Part shown: piece by piece, positions 1 through 9,657 of the stretch
How positions within the stretch are numbered: position 1 is the first letter of the stretch
How the letters are laid out: the number at the start of each line of letters is the position of its first letter
Assembly: GCF_048594845.1 (NCBI RefSeq)
Contig: NZ_JBMDXE010000317.1
Coordinates: 2,726-66,725 of the forward strand
DNA: 64,000 bases
Direction of reading: 5' to 3'
From: Rhodopseudomonas sp.
GTDB lineage: Bacteria > Pseudomonadota > Alphaproteobacteria > Rhizobiales > Xanthobacteraceae
Notes under the pieces: model-generated
Seen by the model: the letters and a program-made list of their open reading frames with translations, nothing else
Database searches by the model: none
Told to the model about the DNA's origin: nothing
Program-made: the position numbers and the translations under genes

Positions 1-1754
1 TCGGAAGAGGCGGACAACCACGACTCGAATTCAGCCGCCCCCATCGGTTTCGCGTAGAGATAGCCTTGCGCCTCGTCACATCCGAGTTGACGCAGGATCT
101 CTGCAATGTCCGCGGTCTCGACGCCTTCGCCGACGACGCGATAATCCAGCTCGTGCGACAGAATGATCATGGAGTTGACCAACAATTCCGGCTTAGCGCC
201 TGTACCGAGCTCCTTGATAAACGACCGATCAATCTTCACGACGTCCATGGGCAGCTTCTGCAGATAAGACAAGCTGCTTTGCCCCGTCCCGAAGTCGTCG
301 ATGGCCAGCCGCACGCCCGCAGAACGGAGCGCGTTCAGCTGCCACATCGACCGTTCACTGTCGCGCATGACCGCGCTCTCGGTCAGTTCCAACTCCAAGA
401 AATTCGGGCGGACGCGATGCTTCAGCAATAGCAACTGAATGCGCTGAACGAGATCTGGCTCTTCGAGATTTGCCGCAGAGATGTTGACCGAAAGCGTCAG
501 GCGGCGGCCCTCGGCGTGCCAGTGTCCGAGTTGTCCGATCGCGTTTTCGAGGACCCAATGCGTCGTTTCACGAGCCAGCGTCGTCTGCTCGATGATCGGG
601 ATGAACTCACTCGGCGGTACCGCACCCAGCAGCGGATGACGCCACCGCATCAGGGCCTCGGCGCCGGTACAGTCACCGGTGCTCATATCGACGCGAGGCT
701 GAAACACCAGGCTAAACTGATTGCCACCTTCGTGCAGCGCAGCCCCGAATTCTCTCAAGAGTTGGAAGCGCCGTGCGTGGACCTGATCTTCCTCAGATGA
801 GTAGATCCGAACGGAATCTCGCGATCCCCGCGCTTCCAGCGCGGCGCTGTGGGCCATTCTCAGGATAACCGACGGCTCGGTCTCGCCGGGATTGAACGGT
901 GCCAACCCGATAGCGGCCGTCACCATGAAGCCATCGGTCGCTCCTTTCGGAATTCCGTCCAGAACGCCCTGCACGATTTCCTGATAGTCGGATGGATCGA
1001 CATCAGGAGGCGCAAGGAAGGCGAATTGTGTCGCACCGACGTGGTAAGCCGTTCGATCCGGTCCAAGGGCCTCGCGGATCGTCCGAGCAGCGACCCGAAC
1101 CATATCGTCCACATAGCCGGCGCCCATCACCCGCGTGCCGTTGCTGATCTGCTCGATCCTCGCAAGATCGACCAGAACGGCAATCCGCTGGGTGTCGTTG
1201 GGGGCGCGTCCAAGATCCGTCAGATCGTCAAAAAACTGCAGGCGGTTCGGCAGGCCGCTGACCGGGTCGACTCGGCCGAATGCGTGCTGCAGCTCGATCT
1301 GCGCCATGACCATCGCGGCCATGTCCGTCAATGCAGTCAGTTCGGATTCCGAGGCTGTTCGCGGTTCCACACCGAGCACGCATAGAGCGCCGAGCCCATG
1401 TCCGTCACGGGTAACGAGCGGCGCGCCGGCATAGAATCGAACTCCTTGTGTCGCCAGCAGACTCGTCGAATAGCAAGGGTCCGCCAGCAGGTCGGGAATG
1501 ACGACGACGTGACATGTCTCGGCAACCTGCGCGCATGGTGCCTTATCGCGCGGGATCGTGTCGTGGTCGACGCCAATCCGCGATTTGAACCATTGTCTCT
1601 CGCTATCTGTCAGAGACACCGCGGCGATCGGGAGGTCGAACAACTTACGCGCGGTACGTGTAATTCGATCGAATGTTTCGCTCGGCGGCGTATCGAGCAA
1701 TCTGAGCCGCATCAGAGCGTCCAGCCGTTCAGCTTCACTATGTCGGGCGCTCAT
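1..1754 (-). CDS. GAF + degenerate GGDEF + EAL c-di-GMP phosphodiesterase (3' end runs off the window)
   Basis: Translated by hand; absent from the ORF track because there is no stop codon in the window. ATG at 1754 with AGGAG RBS. GAF start (ERLDALMRLRLLDTPPSETFDRITR...FYAGAPLVTRDGHGLGALCV), GGDEF site reads VGATQF, EAL motifs AEAL, SVNIS, ELTES, IDDFGTG, KID, EGVE and QGY are intact. Confidence 0.9.
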   Translation of the reverse strand, partial: MSARHSEAERLDALMRLRLLDTPPSETFDRITRTARKLFDLPIAAVSLTDSERQWFKSRIGVDHDTIPRDKAPCAQVAETCHVVVIPDLLADPCYSTSLLATQGVRFYAGAPLVTRDGHGLGALCVLGVEPRTASESELTALTDMAAMVMAQIELQHAFGRVDPVSGLPNRLQFFDDLTDLGRAPNDTQRIAVLVDLARIEQISNGTRVMGAGYVDDMVRVAARTIREALGPDRTAYHVGATQFAFLAPPDVDPSDYQEIVQGVLDGIPKGATDGFMVTAAIGLAPFNPGETEPSVILRMAHSAALEARGSRDSVRIYSSEEDQVHARRFQLLREFGAALHEGGNQFSLVFQPRVDMSTGDCTGAEALMRWRHPLLGAVPPSEFIPIIEQTTLARETTHWVLENAIGQLGHWHAEGRRLTLSVNISAANLEEPDLVQRIQLLLLKHRVRPNFLELELTESAVMRDSERSMWQLNALRSAGVRLAIDDFGTGQSSLSYLQKLPMDVVKIDRSFIKELGTGAKPELLVNSMIILSHELDYRVVGEGVETADIAEILRQLGCDEAQGYLYAKPMGAAEFESWLSASS

Positions 1755-2107
1755 GATGGCTCCTAAGCATCGTGTATTCGACACCATTTCGGCGCAGTTA
1801 GATGCCTGCGGCCTGAAGGTCTACTTAAGATTTTGCAGTGCGTGCAATATCGCGGCGTATCGAGAAAGGACGCCTAATCATGGGTTAATCAGCCGGCTAA
1901 ACTGGTATTTGGCGACGAAGCCCATCGCTCAGAGACGTCCGGGTCCACGTCATTTATTGAGGAATGAGTTCGCCGATTTGTCCTGAATGGAGCGCAAGTT
2001 CACTTCGAGACTAAGTGATCTCGCGCGATGCATCGTCTCGTCGGTAGCAAGGTTCGTGGCCGGCGCGGCTTGCGAGGCGGCCTTCGCCGCCGTTCAGATT
2101 TCCGGCG

Positions 2108-4687
2108 TTAACGCCGCCAGTCGGCGCGGTTTCTCGCCGTCGTCATCCCACGCCCCTGCTCGATTTCCGCCGCAACCTTCGGCGCCTCATCCGCCGCGAC
2201 CGGCTTCGCGAACACATACCCCTGCACGCAATCGCAATCGAACGCGCGAAGTAATTCGACCTCTTCGGGCAGTTCGGCGCCTTCCGCGACGACGCTCATG
2301 CCGAGGCCGTGCGAGAGGGCGATGATGCCGCCGAGCAGTTTGCGTTTCTCCGGCACGGTGGCGATGCCGCTCACGAAGGTGCGGTCGATCTTCAGGCAAT
2401 TGAACGGTAGGCGTGTCAGGTAACCGAGCGACGAATAGCCCGAGCCGAAATCGTCGAGTGCGAGCTGGATGCCGAGCTTCGACAGCGCCGCCAGCGTCGT
2501 GTTGACCTTCTGCTTGGTGTGATCGACGAACAGGCTTTCAGTCAGCTCCAGGCAGAGCAGCTTCGGCGGCAGGCCGGTTTCGGCCAGCACCGTCGAGACG
2601 ACCTTCTCGAAATCGCCGTTCCAGATCTGCGCCGGCGAGACGTTCACCGACATGGTGCGCGGCGGCAGTCCGGCATCGAGCCAGGCCCGCATCTGCCGGC
2701 AGGCATCGCGTAGCACCCAATGGCCGAGATCGACGATCAGGCCGGTGCTTTCCGCGATCGGAATGAACTCCGACGGCGCGATCGGGCCGCGCTGCGGATG
2801 GCTCCAGCGCAGCAGCGCCTCGAAGCCGATGACGCGGCCGGTCTTCAGATCGATCTGCGGCTGATAGTGCGTCTGCAGGTCGCCGCTCTCGACGGCGTGG
2901 CGCAGTCGCCGGCCGAGGTCGAGCTTCTGATCGACCGTCTCGGCATAGACCGGCTCGAACATCTGCGCCCGGCCGCGTCCGGCCTCCTTGGCCATGTACA
3001 GCGCGAGGTCGGCGTTGCGCGAGGCCTTCTCGGCGGTGGCGCCGTGCTCGGGCAACACCGCGATGCCGATCGTCGCGCCGATGCAGGCTTCGCCCTCGGC
3101 GAGCTCGACCGGGCGCGACAATTGGGCGATCAGGCGATCAGCAAGCGCGATCAGCGCGCCTGCCGAACCGGACGGACTCTTCGTCAGCACCGCGAATTCA
3201 TCGCCGCCGATCCGGGCGATGAAGGCCTGCGGATCGAGCTCCTGCCTCAGCACGCCCGCGACATGAATCAGCAGGCTGTCGCCGGTGGAATGGCCGAGCG
3301 AGTCGTTGACCTCCTTGAAGCGATCGAGGTCGATCAGCAGAAGCGCGGTGTGTGCGTCGGCGGCGACGGAGGTCTCGAACAGGCTCGCGAGCTTGCGCTT
3401 GAACAGCGCGCGATTGGCGAGGCCGGTCAGAGGGTCCGTATAGGCAAGCTGCTCGAGCCGGCGCTCGGCTTCCTTGCGGTCGGTGACGTCCTGCGCGGTG
3501 CCGATCAGGCCGACGATCTGGCCGTTGAACATCTCGGCCTTGCAGATGATGGCGAGGTCGCGCGGCGCTCCGTCGCTGTGGCGAATCCGGATGTCGGTGG
3601 CTTCGGTCTTGCTGCTGCGAAGAACCCGCGCCTGGATCTTGAGAAGACGGTGGGCGTCGTCGTCCAGGAAGTAAGCCTTGGTGTTCTCGTAGGTCGGCTC
3701 GAACGCATCCGGCTCCAGACCGAGCAGGTGATACAGCTCGGGCGACCACACCGTGCGGCCGGTGTCGAGCCGGTGATGCCAGGTGCCGATGCGGCCGAGC
3801 TGATGCGCTTCCTCCAGCGCGCGCGTGCGTTGGTCGAGCAACGCGCGCGCGGCCTCGAGCTGGGTGATATCGCTTGCTGTGCCGCGATAGCCGAGAAACG
3901 CACCGTCATCGCTGAAGATCGGCTTGCCGCTGGTCCGGATACTGATGCGCGAGCCGTCGCTGCCGACCGAGGTGTAGATGAAGTCGCGGAACGGGCGATG
4001 CGCCTCCATGTCGGCGCGATGCAGCGCCATCGCGTCACGCTCTTCGGGCGCGTAGGAGAGTTCCCACCGCGCCTTGCCGCCGGACGCGACGATCTGCAAC
4101 GCGGCGTTGCCGTCGACCGATTCGGGATAGGGCAGCAGCCGATGGTCGGGGCCGCTCTCCCAGCACCAGTCGGACGCGGTGCTGACGAAATCGGCGAAGC
4201 GTTGCTCGCTCTCGGCCAGGCGCCGCAGCGCGAACGTCTCCAGCGTCACGTCCCGGACGACGCCGAACACCCGCTGCACCTGACCGTTCGGATCGAACTC
4301 CGGCTCGCCCTGCACGACGCAATCGAGCTGGCTGCCATCGGGTCTCAGCAGCCTGGTCTCGACCGCGAACGGCCGCCCCTCGGCCCAGCACGCCGCGTAG
4401 TGGGCCTGCAGAACGTCGCGGCGCTCGATAAGGTCGCGCTCGCGCATTGCGGCGAACGGTGCGGAGTCATGCAGCGCTTGGACGTCGTAGAGGGAGACGA
4501 ATTCGGGCGACATCCAGAAGTCGGTTGCAGCGGGGCTGAACGACTCCCAATACGCGATGCGCGCCATCTTCATCGCCCGGCGCAGCGACCACTCCTGATG
4601 CCACCCCCACGCCTCGCGTGGGTAGGGCTGTCGCAAGGACGCTTCACGAACGGCCATCTCTCCCCACCCAAGACGAACGCGCACCAT
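2108..4687 (-). CDS. Multi-PAS/PAC GGDEF-EAL hybrid diguanylate cyclase/phosphodiesterase
   Basis: Three PAS/PAC-like repeats, DPLTGLANR, intact RIGGDEF, GFEALLRW, LELTES, DDFGSGYSSL, AEGAE, QGY. Start codon uncertain. Confidence 0.92.
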   Translation of the reverse strand: MVRVRLGWGEMAVREASLRQPYPREAWGWHQEWSLRRAMKMARIAYWESFSPAATDFWMSPEFVSLYDVQALHDSAPFAAMRERDLIERRDVLQAHYAACWAEGRPFAVETRLLRPDGSQLDCVVQGEPEFDPNGQVQRVFGVVRDVTLETFALRRLAESEQRFADFVSTASDWCWESGPDHRLLPYPESVDGNAALQIVASGGKARWELSYAPEERDAMALHRADMEAHRPFRDFIYTSVGSDGSRISIRTSGKPIFSDDGAFLGYRGTASDITQLEAARALLDQRTRALEEAHQLGRIGTWHHRLDTGRTVWSPELYHLLGLEPDAFEPTYENTKAYFLDDDAHRLLKIQARVLRSSKTEATDIRIRHSDGAPRDLAIICKAEMFNGQIVGLIGTAQDVTDRKEAERRLEQLAYTDPLTGLANRALFKRKLASLFETSVAADAHTALLLIDLDRFKEVNDSLGHSTGDSLLIHVAGVLRQELDPQAFIARIGGDEFAVLTKSPSGSAGALIALADRLIAQLSRPVELAEGEACIGATIGIAVLPEHGATAEKASRNADLALYMAKEAGRGRAQMFEPVYAETVDQKLDLGRRLRHAVESGDLQTHYQPQIDLKTGRVIGFEALLRWSHPQRGPIAPSEFIPIAESTGLIVDLGHWVLRDACRQMRAWLDAGLPPRTMSVNVSPAQIWNGDFEKVVSTVLAETGLPPKLLCLELTESLFVDHTKQKVNTTLAALSKLGIQLALDDFGSGYSSLGYLTRLPFNCLKIDRTFVSGIATVPEKRKLLGGIIALSHGLGMSVVAEGAELPEEVELLRAFDCDCVQGYVFAKPVAADEAPKVAAEIEQGRGMTTARNRADWRR

Positions 4688-4934
4688 GATACATGGCGTA
4701 GCATGAAGCGGCTGCGCGTCGGAGCAGCAAGTTTCAATGAGATCAGAGCGTTCTGCATCGTGGTATAATTTGCGTGAACCCAGAAAATGGAACCGCGCGG
4801 CGCCGCGACCCTTGGTAGGCGAGCGACCATGCAGGCAACCGATGATCCCTGAAATAATCGGGCGTGGAGCTTCCAGCGCTGCAATCAGTTCCGGCCGACG
4901 TTGATGCGCGCCTCTGCTGATGGACTCGCTTCCC

Positions 4935-6119
4935 TCACAGCGCTCCCTGCAGATCCTCCCGCAGATCCTCGTAGTCCTCCAGCCCCACCGAGATCCGGAT
5001 CAGCCCGTCGGTGAAACCATGACGCGCGCGTTCCGCGGGGTCGTAGGTGGCGTGGGTCATGCTGGCCGGATGCTGGATCAGCGTCTCGGCGTCACCGAGG
5101 CTGACGGCGCGTGTGGCCAACTTCACCTTGTCCATGAAACTGCGGCCGGCGGCGAGGCCGCCTTTCAGTTCGAGCGCGATCATGCCGCCGGGCTGACGCA
5201 TCTGTCGTTGTGCCAAGGCGTGCTGCGGGTGGCTGTCGAGGCCGGGGTAGTACACGGCGGCGACGGCGGGATGGGCTTGCAGGTCGTGTGCGAGCCTCGA
5301 CGCCGTGGCGCTGTGGCGATCCATCCGCAGGGTCAGCGTCTTCAGGCCGCGCAGGATCAGGAAGGCATCGAACGCCGAGATGCAGGCGCCGTTCAGTTCC
5401 TTGATGCCCACGAAGCGAAGCTGGTCGATGAGTTCCTTCGGTCCCACCACCGCGCCGGCCAAGAGGTCGCCGTGTCCGCCGAGATATTTGGTGGCCGAAT
5501 GGGTGACGAGATCGGCTCCGAGCGCGAGGGGCTGCTGCAGATAGGGCGTGCAATAGGTGTTGTCGACGACGAGGCGGATGCCGGCGCGGCGGCAGATCTC
5601 GGCGCAGGCGGCGATATCGACCAGCCGCATGTTCGGATTGGTCGGCGTCTCGGTGAACACCAGCCTGGTATTCGGCCGCAGCGCGGCCTGCAGGTTGGGC
5701 GGATCGGTGAGATCGGCGAACACCACCTCGATGCCGAAGCGCGGCAGATGGTGCTCGAACAGCCCGAAGGTGCAGCCATAGAGCATCTGGTCGGCGACGA
5801 TGCCGTCGCCGGCTTTCAGCAGCGTCCAGATCAGCGCCGTCAGCGCGCCGACACCCGAGGCGGTGGCGAGCGCGGCCTCGCCGCCTTCCAGCGCCGCCAG
5901 CCGGCTTTCCAGCACCGCCACGGTCGGATTGCCGACCCGCGAATAGACGAAGCCCTCGGCCTCGCCGGCGAACCGGGCAGCGCCCTCGGCGGCGCTGGCG
6001 AACGCGTAGGTCGAGGTCAGAAACAGCGGCGGGTTCAGCGCGCCGTGATGGGCCAGCGGGTCATAGCCGTGGTGGATCGCCGTGGTGGCGAAGCCGGGCG
6101 AGCGGATTGGATCGGTCAT
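4935..6119 (-). CDS. mdeA: Methionine gamma-lyase (PLP-dependent)
   Basis: YSRVGNPT, YGCT, DNTYCTPYLQQP, HSATKYLGGHGD (PLP Lys), AVSLGDAETLIQHPASMTH. Start placed at ATG 6119 (AAGGAG RBS). Confidence 0.88.
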   Translation of the reverse strand: MTDPIRSPGFATTAIHHGYDPLAHHGALNPPLFLTSTYAFASAAEGAARFAGEAEGFVYSRVGNPTVAVLESRLAALEGGEAALATASGVGALTALIWTLLKAGDGIVADQMLYGCTFGLFEHHLPRFGIEVVFADLTDPPNLQAALRPNTRLVFTETPTNPNMRLVDIAACAEICRRAGIRLVVDNTYCTPYLQQPLALGADLVTHSATKYLGGHGDLLAGAVVGPKELIDQLRFVGIKELNGACISAFDAFLILRGLKTLTLRMDRHSATASRLAHDLQAHPAVAAVYYPGLDSHPQHALAQRQMRQPGGMIALELKGGLAAGRSFMDKVKLATRAVSLGDAETLIQHPASMTHATYDPAERARHGFTDGLIRISVGLEDYEDLREDLQGAL

Positions 6120-6228
6120 CGGCGGGCTCCTTTGCGGCCAGTATGACGCGAAACCGGTGACGAAACTCGCCAATCATGCCATTCTGAGTGTCTCGATTGG
6201 CAATGTTCATCACCATGCTGCGCAGCAA

Positions 6229-6711
6229 ATGACCAATCCTGCCAAACTCGCCCTCGATGCGATCGACCTGAAAATTCTCGCCGAGCTACAGGCCGACGCC
6301 CGGATTCCCAACATCGTGCTGGCCGAGAGGGTGGGGCTGTCACCGTCGCCATGTTCGCGCCGGGTGAAGCTGCTGGAGCAGGCCGGGGCGCTGGCGAGCT
6401 ACCGGGCGCTGGTCGACCGGGCCGCGGTCGGGCTGGCGGTGACGGCGTTCGCCTTCATCCGGGTCGAACGGCATTCGCGCGACAACGCCGAAAGCTTCAT
6501 CGCCGCGGTGCAGACCATGCCGGAAGTGATCGCCTGCCATCTGGTGTCCGGCGACAGCGACTTCCTGCTCGAAGTGGTGGTGCCGGACATCGCCAGCTAC
6601 GAGGCGACCGTGCTGCGCGGCCTGTTGGCGCTGCCGACGGTGCGGGATATCCGCACCTCGTTCGCGATGCGCAGCTACAAACTCAACGGGCCGTTGCCGC
6701 TGCCGGCATGA
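6229..6711 (+). CDS. Lrp/AsnC family regulator divergent from methionine gamma-lyase
   Basis: LDAIDLKILAELQADARIPNIVLAERVGLSPSPCSRRVKLLE HTH and C-terminal RAM domain (CHLVSGDSDFLLEVVV). Start placed at ATG 6229. Confidence 0.92.
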   Translation: MTNPAKLALDAIDLKILAELQADARIPNIVLAERVGLSPSPCSRRVKLLEQAGALASYRALVDRAAVGLAVTAFAFIRVERHSRDNAESFIAAVQTMPEVIACHLVSGDSDFLLEVVVPDIASYEATVLRGLLALPTVRDIRTSFAMRSYKLNGPLPLPA

Positions 6712-7149
6712 TCACGCAGGCAGATGCTGCCGCACCCAACGCACGATCTGCTGCGCCGGCATCGCGCCGGAGGTCCGCGCCCGCTCGCGTCCGTTCTCGA
6801 ACAGGATCATGGTCGGAATGCCCTGAATGCCGAGCCGGGCGGCGATCTGCTGCTCGTTGTCGGAATTCAGCTTGATCAGCCGCACGTCCGGCTCGAGCGC
6901 GCGCGCCGCCTGCTCATAAGCCGGCGCCATCGCCCGGCACGGTCCGCACCACGGCGCCCAGACGTCGACCAGCACCGGCACGCTGCTGCGCGCAAGCTGC
7001 TTGTCGAACAGCTCGCCGCCGACATCGGCCGGATGGCCTTCGAACAGCTTGGCACCGCACTTGCCGCACTTTCCGTCCAGCGCCGAGCGCTGCTCCGGCA
7101 GCCGGTTGACGCCGCCGCAATGCGTACACACCACCAGATGATCGGGCAT
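6712..7149 (-). CDS. trxC: Thioredoxin 2 with N-terminal zinc finger
   Basis: CxxC...CxxC (CTHC, CGKC) followed by a WCGPC thioredoxin fold. Confidence 0.92.
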   Translation of the reverse strand: MPDHLVVCTHCGGVNRLPEQRSALDGKCGKCGAKLFEGHPADVGGELFDKQLARSSVPVLVDVWAPWCGPCRAMAPAYEQAARALEPDVRLIKLNSDNEQQIAARLGIQGIPTMILFENGRERARTSGAMPAQQIVRWVRQHLPA

Positions 7150-7188
7150 GATCGGATCTCCTCGCGGACAGATGTAGTCGCGTTCCGC

Positions 7189-7257
7189 GCCATTGCGAGA
7201 CGGCGAAGCCTACGAGCCCTCCGGTTCGAGACCGGACTGCTTCGCTCACAAACGACG
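7189..7257. repeat. Degenerate CGTC-type palindromic repeat remnant
   Basis: CCATTGCGAGACGGCGAAGC ... GACTGCTTCGCTC...AACGACG resembles the rhizobial GTCATTGCGAG...GAAGCAATCC/GGATTGCTTCG...CGCAATGAC element; intergenic. Confidence 0.4.
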
Positions 7258-7267
7258 TGAGGCAGAG

Positions 7268-8251
7268 TCACGGCACCAGCACGGCGGCGCCGAGCAGTTC
7301 GCCGGCGCGGAGCTTGGTCAACACCGCGCTGGCCTCGCGCAGCGGGAAGGCGTGCGTCTCGGTGCGGATGCCTGCCTGCTGCGCCACCTCGAGAAAATCG
7401 ACGCCGTCCTGCCGGGTCAAATTGGCGACCGACACGAGCTGGCGTTCTTCCCACAACAGGTCGTAGGGGAAGCTCGGGATGTCGCTCATATGGATGCCGG
7501 CGCAGACCACGCGGCCGCCCTTGCGCACCGCCCGCAGCGCGGCCGGCACCAGGCCGCCGACCGGTGCGTAGATGATAGCGGCGTCGAGCGGCTGCGGCGG
7601 CGCCTCCTCGGAGGCGCCGGCCCACACCGCGCCGAGGCGGCGGGCGAAGTCCTGCGCCGCGGCATCGCCGCCGCGGGTGAAGGCATAGACCTGCCGGCCC
7701 TGCCAGCGCGCAACCTGCGCCACGATGTGGCCCGCCGCGCCGAAGCCGTAGATGCCCAGCCGCTCCGCCTCGCCGGCGATCACCAGGGAGCGCCAGCCGA
7801 TCAGGCCGGCGCACAGCAGCGGCGCGATCGCAACGTCGTCGCCGGCTTCTCCGAGCGGAAACGCGTAGCGGGCGTCGGCGATCGCATGGGTGGCGAAGCC
7901 GCCGTCGCGTGTGTAGCCCGTGAACAGCGGCGCGTCGCACAAATTCTCCCGGCCGCTTCGGCAGTAGGGGCACGTTCCGCAGGTATGGCCGAGCCACGGA
8001 ATGCCGACACGATCGCCGATCCGGTGCGTGGTGACGCCGGCGCCGACCGCTTTGATACGGCCGACGATCTCGTGGCCCGGAATGATCGGATAGCGGATGT
8101 TCGGCAGATCGCCGTCGACGACGTGCAGATCGGTGCGGCAGACGCCGCAGGCGCTGACGCTGACCAGCACCTGGTGGTCGTCGGGGCACGGCGTGTCGCG
8201 CTGCTGCCATTGCAGCGGCATCCGCGGCGCGGTGAGTACCATCGCCTCCAT
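7268..8251 (-). CDS. Zinc-dependent alcohol dehydrogenase family protein
   Basis: CGVCRTDLHV, PGHEIVG, CGTCPYC...ENLC, GIYGFGAAG. Confidence 0.92.
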   Translation of the reverse strand: MEAMVLTAPRMPLQWQQRDTPCPDDHQVLVSVSACGVCRTDLHVVDGDLPNIRYPIIPGHEIVGRIKAVGAGVTTHRIGDRVGIPWLGHTCGTCPYCRSGRENLCDAPLFTGYTRDGGFATHAIADARYAFPLGEAGDDVAIAPLLCAGLIGWRSLVIAGEAERLGIYGFGAAGHIVAQVARWQGRQVYAFTRGGDAAAQDFARRLGAVWAGASEEAPPQPLDAAIIYAPVGGLVPAALRAVRKGGRVVCAGIHMSDIPSFPYDLLWEERQLVSVANLTRQDGVDFLEVAQQAGIRTETHAFPLREASAVLTKLRAGELLGAAVLVP

Positions 8252-8323
8252 GGCGAGCCCCGATGCTGAAATCGGTCAGCCGGCAGTATATCGCGGCGTC
8301 GCGCGCCGATCAAAACCGAAGCG

Positions 8324-8545
8324 TTACTTCCGTTCGCGCGCGACCCAGTTTTCGCCCTGCTTGCGATACTGCTTCTTCACCGCCGCCCAGGCGACGCGGT
8401 GGGCGCTGCTCTCCTGTTCTTCGGCGCCGCGATCCTGGTACTCCGTGAAGGCATTGTTGAAGGCCGCCACGTAGATCTCCTGCGCGTGCAGCGGCAGGCG
8501 TACCTGCAGCGGCGGCGGCAGATCGTCGGTCGAACTGTACGGCAT
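8324..8545 (-). CDS. chaB: ChaB family protein
   Basis: MPYSSTDDLPPPLQVRLPLHAQEIYVAAFNNAFTEY...AHRVAWAAVKKQYRKQGENW; ATG 8545 with GGGGAG RBS. Confidence 0.9.
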   Translation of the reverse strand: MPYSSTDDLPPPLQVRLPLHAQEIYVAAFNNAFTEYQDRGAEEQESSAHRVAWAAVKKQYRKQGENWVARERK

Positions 8546-8687
8546 GTCGCTCCCCTTGTTGCGTCGAACGCACGTCCCGCCGCGATGAACCCCGCGGCGG
8601 ACGGCGCGTTGGCAAACCAACGCCGCCGAAGTTCGCGCCCGAATGCGGCGGCGTCGCGTCGTCGGAGCGACTGGAGCGACGCTGTCC

Positions 8688-8701
8688 TTGATACGGATCA
8701 A
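8688..8701. promoter_or_regulatory. FNR/FixK-type box between divergent chaB and pcm
   Basis: TTGATACGGATCAA is an exact TTGAT-N4-ATCAA match. Confidence 0.8.
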
Positions 8702-8783
8702 ATCCCGCGCGGGCAGTGGCTCTAGGATCGAGTCGTTCAAAGCGGGGTGGGGACAGTGGTGGCCGGCGATCAGGGAGGGTGCG

Positions 8784-9518
8784 ATGGCATCTCCGGAGAC
8801 TCGGCATTCACCGGGCTGCGAACCGGGCAAAGATTTTGCGGCGCAGCGGGCCCGCATGGTCGAAGAGCAGATCCGCGCGCGTGGCCTATCCGATCCGCGC
8901 GTCCTGGCCGCGATGGCGGGCGTGCCGCGCGAGGCCTTCGTGCCAGAGCTGACGCGAGCGCACGCCTATGACGACCAGCCCTTGCCGATCGGCAACGACC
9001 AGACCATCTCGCAGCCTTACATCGTCGCCGTGATGATCGCCGCGTTGCAGCTCAAGGGCGCCGAGCGTGTGCTCGAGGTCGGTACCGGCTCCGGCTATGC
9101 GGCCGCTGTGCTGGCTGGCGTCGCCGGCGAAGTGATCAGCATCGAACGGCTGGCCTCGCTCGCCGACCGTGCGCGCCGGACGCTCTCGGCGCTCGGCATC
9201 CACAATGTCGAGGTGCTGCACGGTGACGGCAGCCGCGGCTGTCCGCAGCGCGCGCCATTCGCCGCCATCGTTGTTGCGGCCGGTGGACCGCAGGTACCGG
9301 ACTCGCTGAAGGCGCAGCTCGCGATCGGCGGCCGGCTGGTGATGCCGGTCGGCGCCGATCAGCTTGGCCAGAAACTCGTCCGCATCACCCGCACGTCACA
9401 AACGACGTACGCGACCGAAACGCTGACCGATGTACGCTTCGTGCCGCTGATCGGCGCCGAGGGCTGGAGCGCGGCCGTGCCGCACGAGGCCGCTCCGGCA
9501 CGCGCGGAGCCGACATGA
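8784..9518 (+). CDS. pcm: Protein-L-isoaspartate O-methyltransferase
   Basis: VPREAFVP, YDDQPLPIGNDQTISQPYIVA, VLEVGTGSGYAAA, GGRLVMPVG, VRFVPLIG. Start placed at ATG 8784 (GGAGGG RBS). Confidence 0.93.
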   Translation: MASPETRHSPGCEPGKDFAAQRARMVEEQIRARGLSDPRVLAAMAGVPREAFVPELTRAHAYDDQPLPIGNDQTISQPYIVAVMIAALQLKGAERVLEVGTGSGYAAAVLAGVAGEVISIERLASLADRARRTLSALGIHNVEVLHGDGSRGCPQRAPFAAIVVAAGGPQVPDSLKAQLAIGGRLVMPVGADQLGQKLVRITRTSQTTYATETLTDVRFVPLIGAEGWSAAVPHEAAPARAEPT

Positions 9519-9657
9519 GCGCTGCATCGGCGCGACATCGCGCAGCGGCCGAAGCCGGATCGCCACTGCTATACAGCCGCGGCGCGCCGCGCCGGCCGGC
9601 TTCGTTTCACATGCCGGCGGCCGCGCCGCCTACCGATGACCTGCAAGGGGACGTACC

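Noticed and set aside
2720-4768. Long antisense or alternative-frame ORFs (also 39689-41953, 50199-51992, 11983-13263 and many others)
   Set aside because: They are shadows of high-GC coding genes on the opposite strand, with no family motifs or RBS.
8266-8279. Third FixK box upstream of the ADH gene
   Set aside because: CTGA-N6-TCAG has mismatches in both half sites and lies only about 15 bp from the start codon.
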